From: an uncultured virus (IMG/VR IMGVR_UViG_3300042503_001656)
Lineage: Duplodnaviria; Heunggongvirae; Uroviricota; Caudoviricetes
Strand: one strand, 5' to 3'
IMG/VR virus record: IMGVR_UViG_3300042503_001656
Span: 1-64,000 of that record
DNA: 64,000 bases
Shown: positions 46,498-56,106 of the stretch, piece by piece
Layout of the letters: every line of letters begins with the position of its first letter
Numbering within the stretch: position 1 is the first letter of the stretch
Notes under the pieces: generated by a model
The model's input: the letters and a program-made list of their open reading frames with translations, nothing else
Told to the model about the DNA's origin: nothing
Database searches by the model: none
Program-made: the position numbers and the translations under genes

Positions 46498-47025
46498 TTG
46501 GACATGAGCCCAGAACCCGTATACAATCCCATAAACAGATATTGCCGGTTTGGCAGGAAGACAGAGGCCCCCGTGGAGGATGAGGATTACAAGAAAATCT
46601 TCAATTTCGAAGAAAGCGAAGAATTGCTGAGTGAGCTCAACGGCTTTAAAGACCTTTCTCCAGAATTAGCAAACAATATGCGGCGAGAATTGGCCCAGGT
46701 TATGGAAAACCCGGAGAATGTTCTCATCGTAGGTACCGATGGGGACAAAACAATAACAATTGTTACCGCCCCAGAGGAAGTGGTTGGAGGCCATGGCCCA
46801 GTACTCATCCCAACTTTAGATAAAAACCGAATTCTTTCAATGGTCTCTTCGGAATTTATTACAGAAATGGCCGAAAATTGCCGAGAAATGGAAGACCAAG
46901 ACGGGGCTCAGGATTTCTGGAGCTTGCTTCTGGAGAACTTTTTCGAAAAAACGTTAGAATTGTCCGAACGTGGCGGCGGAGCTCTACTGGAAATTCCAGA
47001 TTTTATCCCCGAGGAGGGTTTTTAA
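46498..47025 (+). CDS. Acidic hypothetical protein
   Basis: Open frame; start uncertain. Confidence 0.6.
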   Translation: MDMSPEPVYNPINRYCRFGRKTEAPVEDEDYKKIFNFEESEELLSELNGFKDLSPELANNMRRELAQVMENPENVLIVGTDGDKTITIVTAPEEVVGGHGPVLIPTLDKNRILSMVSSEFITEMAENCREMEDQDGAQDFWSLLLENFFEKTLELSERGGGALLEIPDFIPEEGF

Positions 47026-47026
47026 G

Positions 47027-47590
47027 ATGACGGTGGTGGAAGACCTTGGTTACGAAGAGCCAGCTACCTGGGATGACGCAGCGGAGCTGACAGTTTCTCA
47101 GATTTTCAGATTTAATCTGGTGGCCCTTAATCGCCTGGACGATATGCGTGCGCAGCTGGATTATATGATTTCTAAAAATGTAGGAATTCTCCCAGTGGCC
47201 TGGATGTCTTCCGACGAGATGTCTGATTTTTGGAAAATACTCGGAGCTATTACACGTGCCGCAGCTGCGGAATCAAAAATTGAGTTTTTCGGAATTAATC
47301 CAGAACGTGCTGCGGCGGACGAAAATCTCGAAAAAATGATTAAAGACATTGCCGGGCTCATAATTCGCAAACAAAGAGATTACGGCAGCGACAATATTCT
47401 TCGATTTGGAAGATTAGGTCTCCTGGTCCGGGTTCATGACAAAATCGCGAGATTAGAGAATTTAACAGCTCGCGGCACTGAACCCAGTAATGAATCAATT
47501 TCGGATAATTACATGGATGTAATTGGTTACTGCACGGTAGCCATGATGTTCGAACGCGGTTGGTTTACGCTGCCGCTGCAGGAAAAGTAA
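47027..47590 (+). CDS. DUF1599 / nucleotide-modification-associated domain protein
   Basis: RKQRDYG...GLLVRVHDKIARL.NL...NESISDNYMD..GY. Confidence 0.8.
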   Translation: MTVVEDLGYEEPATWDDAAELTVSQIFRFNLVALNRLDDMRAQLDYMISKNVGILPVAWMSSDEMSDFWKILGAITRAAAAESKIEFFGINPERAAADENLEKMIKDIAGLIIRKQRDYGSDNILRFGRLGLLVRVHDKIARLENLTARGTEPSNESISDNYMDVIGYCTVAMMFERGWFTLPLQEK

Positions 47591-48065
47591 AAAAGATGGA
47601 AAATGCGAAAGCCCCCAGAGGAACGACGAGAGTCCGCCACCTACAAACCCGTTACAGAAAAGCAACTTCGCTCAACTCTGGGGAGCTTCGCAATGCCGCG
47701 CCAGCAACTGAAAGGGAAATTGCTATGCGGCTCATAGACGATAGCACATCCATGGCCTGTGGAAAAGAAACTCAAAGAAATTCTTGTTTCCAGGTTGACG
47801 GTGGTGGATGAGCCTGCTATCGTGTCCCACTACTCGGCCTTAGGGCCACATAAGAGTGACGTCACATCTACAGCCACCTGATTGAAGTTCGCGGAGAATT
47901 CCGAGGGCCTACTTTGAGTTTGCCAAAAACTGGTTTTCAAAAAGTAAAGGTTCCCCCGGACCCCCTCCAAAGTTCATCAACTGACTGACTATTACAACTC
48001 ACTCTTAGTTACATTGCTAATTAACTACTATCACTACAACTTGAGAATTTAAGTCTCGATGAGAC

Positions 48066-48101
48066 TTGACAAAACCTTCTCACGGGGATTAAACTAAGAA
48101 A
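48066..48101 (+). promoter_or_regulatory. Canonical promoter, leaderless
   Basis: TTGACA-N18-TAAACT-N6-ATG, same geometry as the TTGTCG repeats. Confidence 0.75.
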
Positions 48102-48458
48102 ATGACCGAGAAACCGAAACGAATTACTAAAAAAGTTCTCGAAAGAAATTCCGCCGCAGCAAAAATCCCAGAAGACCAAATTCTGGAAGTTTTTGAATTC
48201 TGGAAAATGACGTTTAAAAAGCGCAGCTCTGTAGCTCTGGACCATGGTCGAAGAGTTCTTATTGGCAGCGCTATTTACCACTACGGAATAGACGGCGCAA
48301 AAGATGCAATTATCGGCTGCACCAGGTCAGATTTCTGGATGGGTCGCAACAAGCGCAATAAAGCGTATACAGGCATAGAGCACATCTTCAAAGACAACGC
48401 ACGCATCGAGTCGATGTTGGAATTACTACCGGAGGACGGCAATGAAGCAAATTGGTAA
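48102..48458 (+). CDS. Replication-initiator C-terminal-like protein
   Basis: VFEFW...AI.GC..SDF.MG.N pattern recalls phage replisome organisers. Confidence 0.5.
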   Translation: MTEKPKRITKKVLERNSAAAKIPEDQILEVFEFWKMTFKKRSSVALDHGRRVLIGSAIYHYGIDGAKDAIIGCTRSDFWMGRNKRNKAYTGIEHIFKDNARIESMLELLPEDGNEANW

Positions 48459-48981
48459 AAAAGCAAAAAAGTCCGCCGCAGCTGCGGCCGGAAACAAAAC
48501 GGCAGAAAAGCGATTTTCTCCCCAGGCTTACCCGCTGTACGTGTGGGGGCTATGGGCGGAAACAGTTCGGAGTACTAACCCAGCAACTGGGTTCAAGCTT
48601 CTGGGGTACAAGTACCACACTGACCGGTTAACCATCGTCGGCTGGATGCAGATGAGTGACACCCGTGTCGAGCCAATGGTGTTTACGTCTGAGTGGGGAG
48701 TAGTGCCCATCTACGAGCTGGCGGGCTCCTGGCCTGCAGAGTACGGCCAGCTGCCGGATTATTACGAATTAATCCAGGACCGCGATGGAGCTCCAATGGT
48801 TGTCCCCCATGAAGACTTCGTCCTGGTAGATATAGCAATGTCACAGCCAGACAGGGAGATGTTCGAGGCAACCAAGCAGCAGCACCTGACGAACTGCTCG
48901 CTATATGCAGGAACAGAGGATGGCGAGTTAAAAGACCTAAGTTCCTCGACGGTGGTGGAAGAGAATAAAGATGGCAAGTGA
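48442..48981 (+). CDS. Hypothetical protein
   Basis: 179-aa ORF in operon. Confidence 0.6.
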   Translation: MKQIGKKAKKSAAAAAGNKTAEKRFSPQAYPLYVWGLWAETVRSTNPATGFKLLGYKYHTDRLTIVGWMQMSDTRVEPMVFTSEWGVVPIYELAGSWPAEYGQLPDYYELIQDRDGAPMVVPHEDFVLVDIAMSQPDREMFEATKQQHLTNCSLYAGTEDGELKDLSSSTVVEENKDGK

Positions 48982-49225
48982 AGACCGGTACGTAGCTAGC
49001 AAAATCGAAAATTCGGATTTTCCAGGGATAGTTCAGATAAATCTAGCCGAAAATCTTGAGGACGTCGCGCTCTTATTGCTTGTGTCATTAATGGCCGCGC
49101 AAAAATATCCAGATTCAATAAGCGAAGCTGAAGTCCACAGGGAGATTACTGACCTAGCAGATGCTGGTAAGTGGGATGAGCTGGCATTCAAAGGCCTAAA
49201 GTGGATTCAGGAGATTGGGCAATGA
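48971..49225 (+). CDS. Hypothetical protein
   Basis: Operon gene. Confidence 0.6.
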   Translation: MASEDRYVASKIENSDFPGIVQINLAENLEDVALLLLVSLMAAQKYPDSISEAEVHREITDLADAGKWDELAFKGLKWIQEIGQ

Positions 49226-49710
49226 AAAAAATCGAATGCGAGGAATTGGTTCGTATTGCCTACGCAACGTATAACCTCCAGATTCTCATCGCCGACGAAA
49301 AACATATTTTCCGAGCATGGTACGCGCTACTGGGAGACCTGGAGTATGAAGACGTGCGCGACGCATTTACCGAATTAGCAACTTATGCGGATTTTATGCC
49401 TCGACCAGGGGAGGTCCGCCGAAGGACGATAGACAACCTGAGTGGCGGCTCAAACCATCCAGATGCTGCAACGGCCTGGGGAATGCTCCAATCGATGCGT
49501 AAAGCAACTGAGGGAGGACAGTTCTACGAGGGGGAGAGACCAGAAGCTCTCATCGAGACGCTCTCTCTCCTGGGTGCATCAGCCTATGACCTCCACACCA
49601 ACGGAGATAGGGAAACTTTTATACGGGTATATAACAAGACCATAGAAAAGTTTGAAAAAAAGAAGTACAAGAAGACTTCCAGTCTGACGGTGGTGGATGA
49701 AGATGCCTAA
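49222..49710 (+). CDS. Helicase loader/inhibitor (G39P-like)
   Basis: AWYALLGDLEY..V..A......FMPRPGEVR...AW pattern. Confidence 0.6.
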   Translation: MKKIECEELVRIAYATYNLQILIADEKHIFRAWYALLGDLEYEDVRDAFTELATYADFMPRPGEVRRRTIDNLSGGSNHPDAATAWGMLQSMRKATEGGQFYEGERPEALIETLSLLGASAYDLHTNGDRETFIRVYNKTIEKFEKKKYKKTSSLTVVDEDA

Positions 49711-49862
49711 ACTGGGATACCCAAACAAAAAGAGGGAAACTAAATGAAGTACATTATTGGTTCGGTACTTATTTACCTCACTTTTAAATCCCCACGAATC
49801 GACCCATTATCGAAGATAACGCTCTACGCCGCGATTGCTGGCGTGGTGTACTATCTTCCCTG

Positions 49863-50030
49863 ATGAAGCGAAACCCTGGACGACCAACAGTAAAACCAAC
49901 TAAGCCTTATACGACGGTAACAATCCGCGTAAGTAAAGAGTTTAAAGAAAAATTAATTCAACAAGCAGAAGCTGTTGATTTAACCCTGACCGACTATCTC
50001 ATCGCTCTCGTCGAACGAGATAGTGCGTAA
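49863..50030 (+). CDS. Ribbon-helix-helix protein (not in ORF track)
   Basis: GRP...TVTIRVSKEFKEKLIQQAEAVDLTLTDYL. Confidence 0.65.
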   Translation: MKRNPGRPTVKPTKPYTTVTIRVSKEFKEKLIQQAEAVDLTLTDYLIALVERDSA

Positions 50031-50364
50031 GCCTCAGAAGTCCCGTCACCCCGACAAGTGGTCAGAGATACACGTACGGCTGAAGGGGTCGCTCAAGAAT
50101 GAGCTGATTGACTATGCACGCCGCCACGACCTGTCCGTCGGCCAGATAGTAAATTACGCAATATTCCTATTACTCCAGGAGGAGAAGGGAATCCCTGCCC
50201 CCGGTTCTCCCCAGTACTCTCTCCCCACGATGGAGGAGTCTATTGTCGCCTACATGAAGGGCGAGACACTCTTGCAACCCTGTGGGCAAGTTAGTTGCGA
50301 TATGAAACTGACCCAGTTAGATGGCCTGAGTTTCTGTGATACCTGCAATCTTCGCATTTTGTAA
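50023..50364 (+). CDS. RHH protein with C-terminal Cys motif
   Basis: IHVRLKGSLKNELIDYARRHDLSVGQIV; C..C. Confidence 0.65.
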   Translation: MRKPQKSRHPDKWSEIHVRLKGSLKNELIDYARRHDLSVGQIVNYAIFLLLQEEKGIPAPGSPQYSLPTMEESIVAYMKGETLLQPCGQVSCDMKLTQLDGLSFCDTCNLRIL

Positions 50365-50648
50365 TTTGCTTTTGTAATTTTGAAAATTGAAAATGGGCTG
50401 GAAAAGTAAGTTTTTCCGACTTCTTTTTGAAGCTGTTAAGGGCAGAAACTTCTTTCTGCTGGTTGCAATCCCAGAATCACCCCCGTACAATTCTCTGTAC
50501 CCATCCAGTAGGTATTAAGTTCACCAGAGAAAAGGCTGAACTGCTAACGGCTATCTACTGGGTGGGTTTTTACATTCTCAGTATTTAGTAATCATGAACA
50601 GAATGCCGATAATACAGCTAATCATGATGATGACTAATGCGCCTTCCA

Positions 50649-50981
50649 TTACACCCCCCACATCTGAGCAAGAGTCGGCCTTATCGGCTTTATCCCTCTT
50701 CTTCTCTGTTCAGCAGCTAACTGTCTACTAGTCAATCCGGCCCATACTCCATGCATATCCGCTGCCGGAAACTCAAGTGCATACTCTAAGCACGGTTCCT
50801 TAACAGGACAGTTACTGCATATCCTTCTAGCCTCCGCTATATAAGTAATATCCTTATGTTCTTTAGGGAACATTAGATTGGTCAATCCCTTACAAGCAGC
50901 GTGTTCAAACCAGTCCTTTCTGCCAATATACAATCCATTTAATGGTTGACTATTATTATTGGTAGATTTTTCTTTGGTCAC
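50649..50981 (-). CDS. whiB: WhiB-family regulator (second copy; start uncertain)
   Basis: WFEHAACKG...ARRICSNCPVKEPCLEYAL...GVWAGLT. Confidence 0.9.
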   Translation of the reverse strand: MTKEKSTNNNSQPLNGLYIGRKDWFEHAACKGLTNLMFPKEHKDITYIAEARRICSNCPVKEPCLEYALEFPAADMHGVWAGLTSRQLAAEQRRRGIKPIRPTLAQMWGV

Positions 50982-51062
50982 TATAGTGAGCCTTTCTTGA
51001 TAGGTTTCATTAATTACAGCACACAAAAATAGGCAACCGTGATACCGTTTTAGTAAACTCGA

Positions 51063-51326
51063 ATGTGTAATAATTGCTGTATGCCAGTTACCTATGGACA
51101 CCCACAAGACATGCCGTTTAACCAGTCTCACGACATAGACCAGTACACAAAGTGGTTTAATCTCATGAATATGGACTTCGAACTACGCCATATCGGTAAT
51201 AGCTGGATATGTAACGCTTGGTCTAGAGAAGCAGATTCGGTGCTAACGAGCAGTTCGGGGACTAAGCAGACAATCTCTGAAGCACTACAGCAGTGTTACT
51301 CAGACATACGTGCTCTTACTAGGTAA
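51063..51326 (+). CDS. Hypothetical protein
   Basis: Open frame. Confidence 0.5.
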   Translation: MCNNCCMPVTYGHPQDMPFNQSHDIDQYTKWFNLMNMDFELRHIGNSWICNAWSREADSVLTSSSGTKQTISEALQQCYSDIRALTR

Positions 51327-51405
51327 GTTGTTTCTCCCCTATGGGGATTCCTAAGCTTTTCGAAACTACATGGCACCTTAAAGAAGGCGGCCTTTGTTAT
51401 CAGGC

Positions 51406-52038
51406 TTATTTCTCTGAGGTTTTACGGTATGGGGCCTCTTGGACAAAAGTCTGGAAAGGCGAACCCGTATAAGGGTCAAACTTAGAAGCGACGGTAAGTG
51501 CTTTTGTGCAGATAGACCTAGCTTGGGTCAGTGTTGGACGCTTATTCCCTACCAGAGAGTACAAAGCTCCTAAGGCATAGGAAGAACCAGTACCCGTAGA
51601 GTAGAGATAATTTGCCTCTGTTGTCCAGCTGTAATCGGACTCAATAATGTAGATTGCGCCGTTTACTACGACTACTACAGAAGAACCCTGTTCAGCACGA
51701 TGCTCTTTGGAATCCCCGGAATCTGGAGGAGAATAACCTTGAGAATCAAAGCAAGCTCTTAAACTTGGGATAAATTTACCCGTAATAAAGGCATCGAGCT
51801 TCTTTCCCCTTAGTCCTGGGGTTATAGGAGGAGGTTGGAATACATGGTGCAATATGTTAATTGCACGCATTTCGCCAGCCGCACCGAGCAAATATTTTCC
51901 ATTTGCGGCGATTTTGGACGAGCCATTGCCTAGTGTCGATACCTGATAGGCGCTTCCGTCGTCGCCAAAGGATGAGATACGAGTATCGCACCCCACCACG
52001 GCAAAGCCGTCCCCCTGGATTCCGACGATAGTTGTCAT
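51406..52038 (-). CDS. Proteasome-beta/HslV-like Ntn peptidase
   Basis: MTTIVG N-terminal Thr, D.R, KI, GAAG, GTGS.YALGAL, DPYTG. Confidence 0.85.
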   Translation of the reverse strand: MTTIVGIQGDGFAVVGCDTRISSFGDDGSAYQVSTLGNGSSKIAANGKYLLGAAGEMRAINILHHVFQPPPITPGLRGKKLDAFITGKFIPSLRACFDSQGYSPPDSGDSKEHRAEQGSSVVVVVNGAIYIIESDYSWTTEANYLYSTGTGSSYALGALYSLVGNKRPTLTQARSICTKALTVASKFDPYTGSPFQTFVQEAPYRKTSEK

Positions 52039-53228
52039 TATTCCGCTATGTACTCAACTCCACGGAACATGCACCAGCCGTTGTATATCGGTGCCACTTC
52101 ATAGGAGAACTTGTGCTTGCCAGTATCTTCGTAGGTGACTACGCCAATACCCTGTTGCCAGTTTTCGTGTCTTGTGAGCGGGCGACCATCAAGGTCTACG
52201 CCACCACGGGTCGATGGGATGGCCCCATCTATACGGCAAAGGCATCCTGGGGACGCAGCCATGATAGTGCGAGCACCGTCAAAGTCTTCACGGGTCTTGA
52301 ATGCTGTCTCGATACGGTGAATATGGCCGTAAATGACAGAATGCTTCTCGTTATTTAGATATACATGGGCAGTTGAGCCGGAAGACTTAACGCGGTCTCC
52401 GTGAATAATGCGCAATTTCTTATTTATCCACAAGTCTGCTGCCGGATATCCGGGCTTGTACTCAATTCCATAATCGTCCATTCGGCACAAATAGGGAACC
52501 GACAGTACGGGCCATGAGTCTGGGGTGTTACCTTTTCTGAGTCCATATGCCGCTCCGGCATTCTGGACAAGATACTTAGGCATCCTTTCCTCATGGTTTC
52601 CTGCCAACCATACGATTCTGGCATGGGGAGCAGCCGACCGCATTTGAGCGCAGAACATTGCGGCCCTATCAATAGAAGCCTGGGTGGTCTGGGCGTATGC
52701 TGGGTAGGTGACGTACTTACCCATCTCTGGAAGGTCAAGATTGTCTCCAACACAGGCAATTAGCTCTGGTTGAAGCTTCTTTATCATTGCCAGCACGATG
52801 TCTAGGGCCTTATCATCATGTGATGGCTCTAATTCGCCTTCCTTGTTACGGAAGAAACCTATCTGTATATCAGGCACCACAACGCAGGTTTTGAAGGTGG
52901 TTGGGGCTTTCGGTTTTGTCGTTGTCTTTTGTAGTTGTATTGGCTTGCTTTGCTGGACAATTGGCCACTCTGGGCCGGTATCCCACTTGGGTGAAAACTG
53001 AATAGCGACCCTGCTTGAATCCCTTGTTTCTAAAGGATTGTCTGGGTTCTGAGTAGAAGACTGATTAATTGAGATTTTTTTGATTTCGCCTACATCGTCT
53101 AAGCTGATATCCTTAAGACGGAGCATCTCTGCAATTGAGTCAAGAACCTTTTTGTTTTGCTCAGACTGCTTTTTGTCCTTCGTAATAGAACTAAGGGCTG
53201 AAGATAGTGGTTGTTTTTTAGCGGTCAT
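52038..53228 (-). CDS. Calcineurin-like metallophosphoesterase
   Basis: PDIQ, GDNLD, GNHEER, HG, GHIHR. Confidence 0.85.
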   Translation of the reverse strand: MTAKKQPLSSALSSITKDKKQSEQNKKVLDSIAEMLRLKDISLDDVGEIKKISINQSSTQNPDNPLETRDSSRVAIQFSPKWDTGPEWPIVQQSKPIQLQKTTTKPKAPTTFKTCVVVPDIQIGFFRNKEGELEPSHDDKALDIVLAMIKKLQPELIACVGDNLDLPEMGKYVTYPAYAQTTQASIDRAAMFCAQMRSAAPHARIVWLAGNHEERMPKYLVQNAGAAYGLRKGNTPDSWPVLSVPYLCRMDDYGIEYKPGYPAADLWINKKLRIIHGDRVKSSGSTAHVYLNNEKHSVIYGHIHRIETAFKTREDFDGARTIMAASPGCLCRIDGAIPSTRGGVDLDGRPLTRHENWQQGIGVVTYEDTGKHKFSYEVAPIYNGWCMFRGVEYIAE

Positions 53229-53512
53229 TATTTGCCCTCATTCTTTGCTAGACATGAATCTATTGTTTCTCGGATGCAGCAGTTAAAAGAAGGGTCTTTG
53301 AAACACGCTCTTTTTGTTCCTACAACATCTCTTCCGATAGAGTGACCATCAGCACATAGTGCTCTTGTGATGTCCATTGTTGATGCTTCACTAGCCATAG
53401 CTACTATTAGTGCATCTTTTGTTTCACTATCTAAAGAGTTTGTTATTGAGCCAAACTTGCATATCTTTTTGCTTTCGCCATTGGCTACAGCTTTTAACGC
53501 ATCTTTTAACAC
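53228..53512 (-). CDS. Hypothetical protein
   Basis: Coupled to the phosphoesterase. Confidence 0.6.
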   Translation of the reverse strand: MLKDALKAVANGESKKICKFGSITNSLDSETKDALIVAMASEASTMDITRALCADGHSIGRDVVGTKRACFKDPSFNCCIRETIDSCLAKNEGK

Positions 53513-53602
53513 GTTTCCTCCACGGCAATAACGACACCTACGGCATCACTTCTGTCAACATGAATACTACACTATTGCCACAGGGTGATGTAGTATGAGC
53601 GC

Positions 53603-54058
53603 ATGAAGGTCGACAAATCTGCAGAAGTAAAGAGGGCCCTAGAGGAAGCGCTGAGTTCTTCTGTATCTAGCGACTCCGGTGACATCGTTGATGCTGTTCT
53701 TAAAACACTTGACAAACAGAAGGTTTTCAGGTATCACAACGAAAATTCAATAAATCTCATATCTACGTCCGGGCGAGTGTTGATTGCCTTGATGGAAGAC
53801 CCGACAATGACTCAGCGTGCTCTTTCTGTTTATTTAGATTTAAGCGAAACAATGATTGACAAAACGGTCAAATTGCTCATACAAAATAAGCTCATTACAA
53901 AGACAAAAACACAACGACAAAATATTTACAAAGTAAATTTAGAAGAAGTGAAAAAACACCCTGATATACAGCACCTAAAAGAAGCTATAGCAGGAATATT
54001 CGATGCAAAAACTATGCCGAATAAGAATAAAAACGGGTTTGAAGAGTCTGTTTTCTAA
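53603..54058 (+). CDS. MarR-like winged-HTH protein
   Basis: VLIALMEDPTMTQRALSVYLDLSETMIDKTVKLLIQNKLITK; TAGTAT 6 nt upstream. Confidence 0.75.
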   Translation: MKVDKSAEVKRALEEALSSSVSSDSGDIVDAVLKTLDKQKVFRYHNENSINLISTSGRVLIALMEDPTMTQRALSVYLDLSETMIDKTVKLLIQNKLITKTKTQRQNIYKVNLEEVKKHPDIQHLKEAIAGIFDAKTMPNKNKNGFEESVF

Positions 54059-54071
54059 GTAAACTGTCGTT

Positions 54072-54365
54072 ATGAAAATTCGTGACGACCTAAGTGTCAT
54101 CTTCAAAGAGAACTCGTGCTCTCATTATGTGTTGAAGTACGTAAAGTTCAAGGGTGGCAAAGCAGACGTAACAGAGTCTTCATCACTGTTTAAAGGAAAA
54201 GTACAGGATAAGAACAAGGCTAGGAAATCTGCCCAGGTTCTAGTGAAGGATGGATGCCTTCTTTGTATATCAGGTGATACCCATCAAATAACCGCAAAAG
54301 GTTTAGACGTTATTATGTCTATTGGTCGGAGGAACTCTCACCTAAAGCCAGACCCCCGAGACTGA
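54072..54365 (+). CDS. Possible wHTH protein
   Basis: LVKDGCL...HQITAKGL. Confidence 0.5.
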   Translation: MKIRDDLSVIFKENSCSHYVLKYVKFKGGKADVTESSSLFKGKVQDKNKARKSAQVLVKDGCLLCISGDTHQITAKGLDVIMSIGRRNSHLKPDPRD

Positions 54366-54672
54366 CTAGCCAAGCGCTAAACACTTCGTCAGCTATTGGC
54401 ATGAACCATACTTGACAGGATTCAATGTCTCTAGGATTTCCAGATAGCGTCCAGCATATATCCAAAGATTTATCTGCATAACAGGAGCCAACATTGCATT
54501 CCATGCCAAACCTGTTGGCAAACCATTTGACCGCACACCCATAGTCTTCCACGAAACATGCGCCCTCGTTACCGTGAGGACAGTAAACAGATTCTATTTC
54601 TATTTCGGATTTAACGATTTTAAGAATTAGCTTGTGACCATCGTTGTGCCACATCATCTCGTCGATTGCCAT
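54319..54672 (-). CDS. Hypothetical protein
   Basis: 117 aa. Confidence 0.6.
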   Translation of the reverse strand: MAIDEMMWHNDGHKLILKIVKSEIEIESVYCPHGNEGACFVEDYGCAVKWFANRFGMECNVGSCYADKSLDICWTLSGNPRDIESCQVWFMPIADEVFSAWLVSLGGLALGESSSDQ

Positions 54673-54764
54673 CTATAACTCTCGTTTGGATAAATTTGAA
54701 AAAATTAGCTCAGCTCTTAACAGCAGCACTGAGCTAACTACAAAATAGCACTACACCTAGGCTC

Positions 54765-55070
54765 TCAGGCGCTAGGTGTAGGTGCTTTTTTTCTAGGTGT
54801 TTTCTGTGCTGTTTCAGAGTCTGCAACTGCTCCTTTTTTGTCGAATCTAGAAAACACTGTGTTTATTTCACTGACAGTAAGTTTTCCGTCATCAAGGAAT
54901 GCACGGGAGAGGCCCTCGATAACAGTGGCAACTCCTGCTATACCAGCCATCATTATGGCTTTAGTCATGCTGACGCCAGCGATTGCGCCAGCACCTACAA
55001 CTCCGAGACCGGAGGCTGCAAATGTTGCAAATATTCGAAGAAGAACGTTAAGAAACAGTTCTTTCTTCAT
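54765..55070 (-). CDS. Holin-like membrane protein
   Basis: Two TM segments, charged C-terminus, near endolysin-like gene. Confidence 0.55.
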   Translation of the reverse strand: MKKELFLNVLLRIFATFAASGLGVVGAGAIAGVSMTKAIMMAGIAGVATVIEGLSRAFLDDGKLTVSEINTVFSRFDKKGAVADSETAQKTPRKKAPTPSA

Positions 55071-55318
55071 TACGACTCAGGTGTCTCTTCGGCCTTCTCT
55101 GCTTCAGGTTCTGCGACAACTTCTGCTTCTGCAGGTGCTTCTTCTACCTTTGGCTCTTCGGCAACTGGCTCTTCAGCTTTCACTTCTTCGACAACTGGGG
55201 CCTCTTCCTGCTTCTTCTTCTTTGCAGGCTTTTCTTTGATTTCAACAGGCTGAGAGACAGGAGCTACTGCTTCTGCTGCCTTCTTTGCTGCTCTTTCTTC
55301 GGGGGTAAGTTTTCTCAC
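55070..55318 (-). CDS. Low-complexity A/E/K/P protein
   Basis: Overlapping operon gene. Confidence 0.6.
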   Translation of the reverse strand: MRKLTPEERAAKKAAEAVAPVSQPVEIKEKPAKKKKQEEAPVVEEVKAEEPVAEEPKVEEAPAEAEVVAEPEAEKAEETPES

Positions 55319-55611
55319 AGTATTTCCTCGTCTTCGTGTGTGGTTTCTTTTACTTCTTCTGGCTGAATTGCCTTGTTTTCAAGAACAGGAGGGAAAGATT
55401 CTTTCACTGGTTCAGGCTGAACTTCTGGCTGTACTGGCGCTTCGACCTCTACTTCAGCTTCTACTTCAGCCTTTTTCTTGGACTTTGCTTTTGATTGCTC
55501 TTTTTCTTCCTCGAGCGAATCATTTTTTTCAGCAACAAAAGAAGGGGTAACGCCCTTGTTTTTTTTCACCAGTTGAGCCTGGCGTGCCCTGTAAATTGGA
55601 CTATCGTTCAT
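55315..55611 (-). CDS. Low-complexity E/K/P protein
   Basis: Start MNDSPIY with GGAG SD. Confidence 0.55.
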   Translation of the reverse strand: MNDSPIYRARQAQLVKKNKGVTPSFVAEKNDSLEEEKEQSKAKSKKKAEVEAEVEVEAPVQPEVQPEPVKESFPPVLENKAIQPEEVKETTHEDEEIL

Positions 55612-55858
55612 CTTTTTCTTCTCCTGAATCTGTTTGGACCATTTTAAACGATTGTTCAGCACATCTGATTGAACAAAAGCTTTCTTCTCCTCTAATCCTT
55701 ATCATTCCTCGGACGGACTGCCTTGAGCAGTACGAACAGACGGAAGGGGAGTTCTTGGTTCCAAAAACTTTGAACAGTGTTCCATAGATAGAGGGGTCGA
55801 GAATCTGTTGGACCTTAGACTGGCCCGCTACTGGTTTTGCTGGTTTCTTGCCTGCCAT
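55601..55858 (-). CDS. Small Zn-finger protein
   Basis: CSYC...FCSIRC. Confidence 0.6.
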   Translation of the reverse strand: MAGKKPAKPVAGQSKVQQILDPSIYGTLFKVFGTKNSPSVCSYCSRQSVRGMIRIRGEESFCSIRCAEQSFKMVQTDSGEEKDER

Positions 55859-56106
55859 TAGAGGTCTCCTTTTGCATGGTCACGAATGTGCTCGTCAATT
55901 TTTGCTTCTGTACGCTCTACGCCTTTTTCAACTCTGTCAATTGATATTCCAAGAGTTTTGCCCATTGTGTCGATTTTGTCCACGACAAAGTTATGGTCAG
56001 CCTTGTTTTCTTCCCAGCGGCTTTTGTCTGAACGTCTTCCGTGCTCCATAAAGCCAACAATGACCATTCCAATCATGCTGATTAAAGCAATGATTATCTC
56101 GTTCAT
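55858..56106 (-). CDS. Single-TM lysis-cassette membrane protein
   Basis: N-terminal TM, coiled coil ending KIDEHIRDH. Confidence 0.65.
   Translation of the reverse strand: MNEIIIALISMIGMVIVGFMEHGRRSDKSRWEENKADHNFVVDKIDTMGKTLGISIDRVEKGVERTEAKIDEHIRDHAKGDL

Larger units (their letters stand above)
33562..49700 (+). repeat. Nine co-oriented 15-mers GACGGTGGTGGAWGA
   Basis: 33562, 37328, 39949, 42331, 46037, 47029, 47797, 48948, 49686. Confidence 0.85.

Noticed and set aside
50430..50572. tRNA-like or structured element after the RHH genes
   Set aside because: No cloverleaf; best explained as a terminator between convergent units.
52424..52432. Second TTATCCACA DnaA-box sequence
   Set aside because: Isolated and inside a CDS; compatible with chance.
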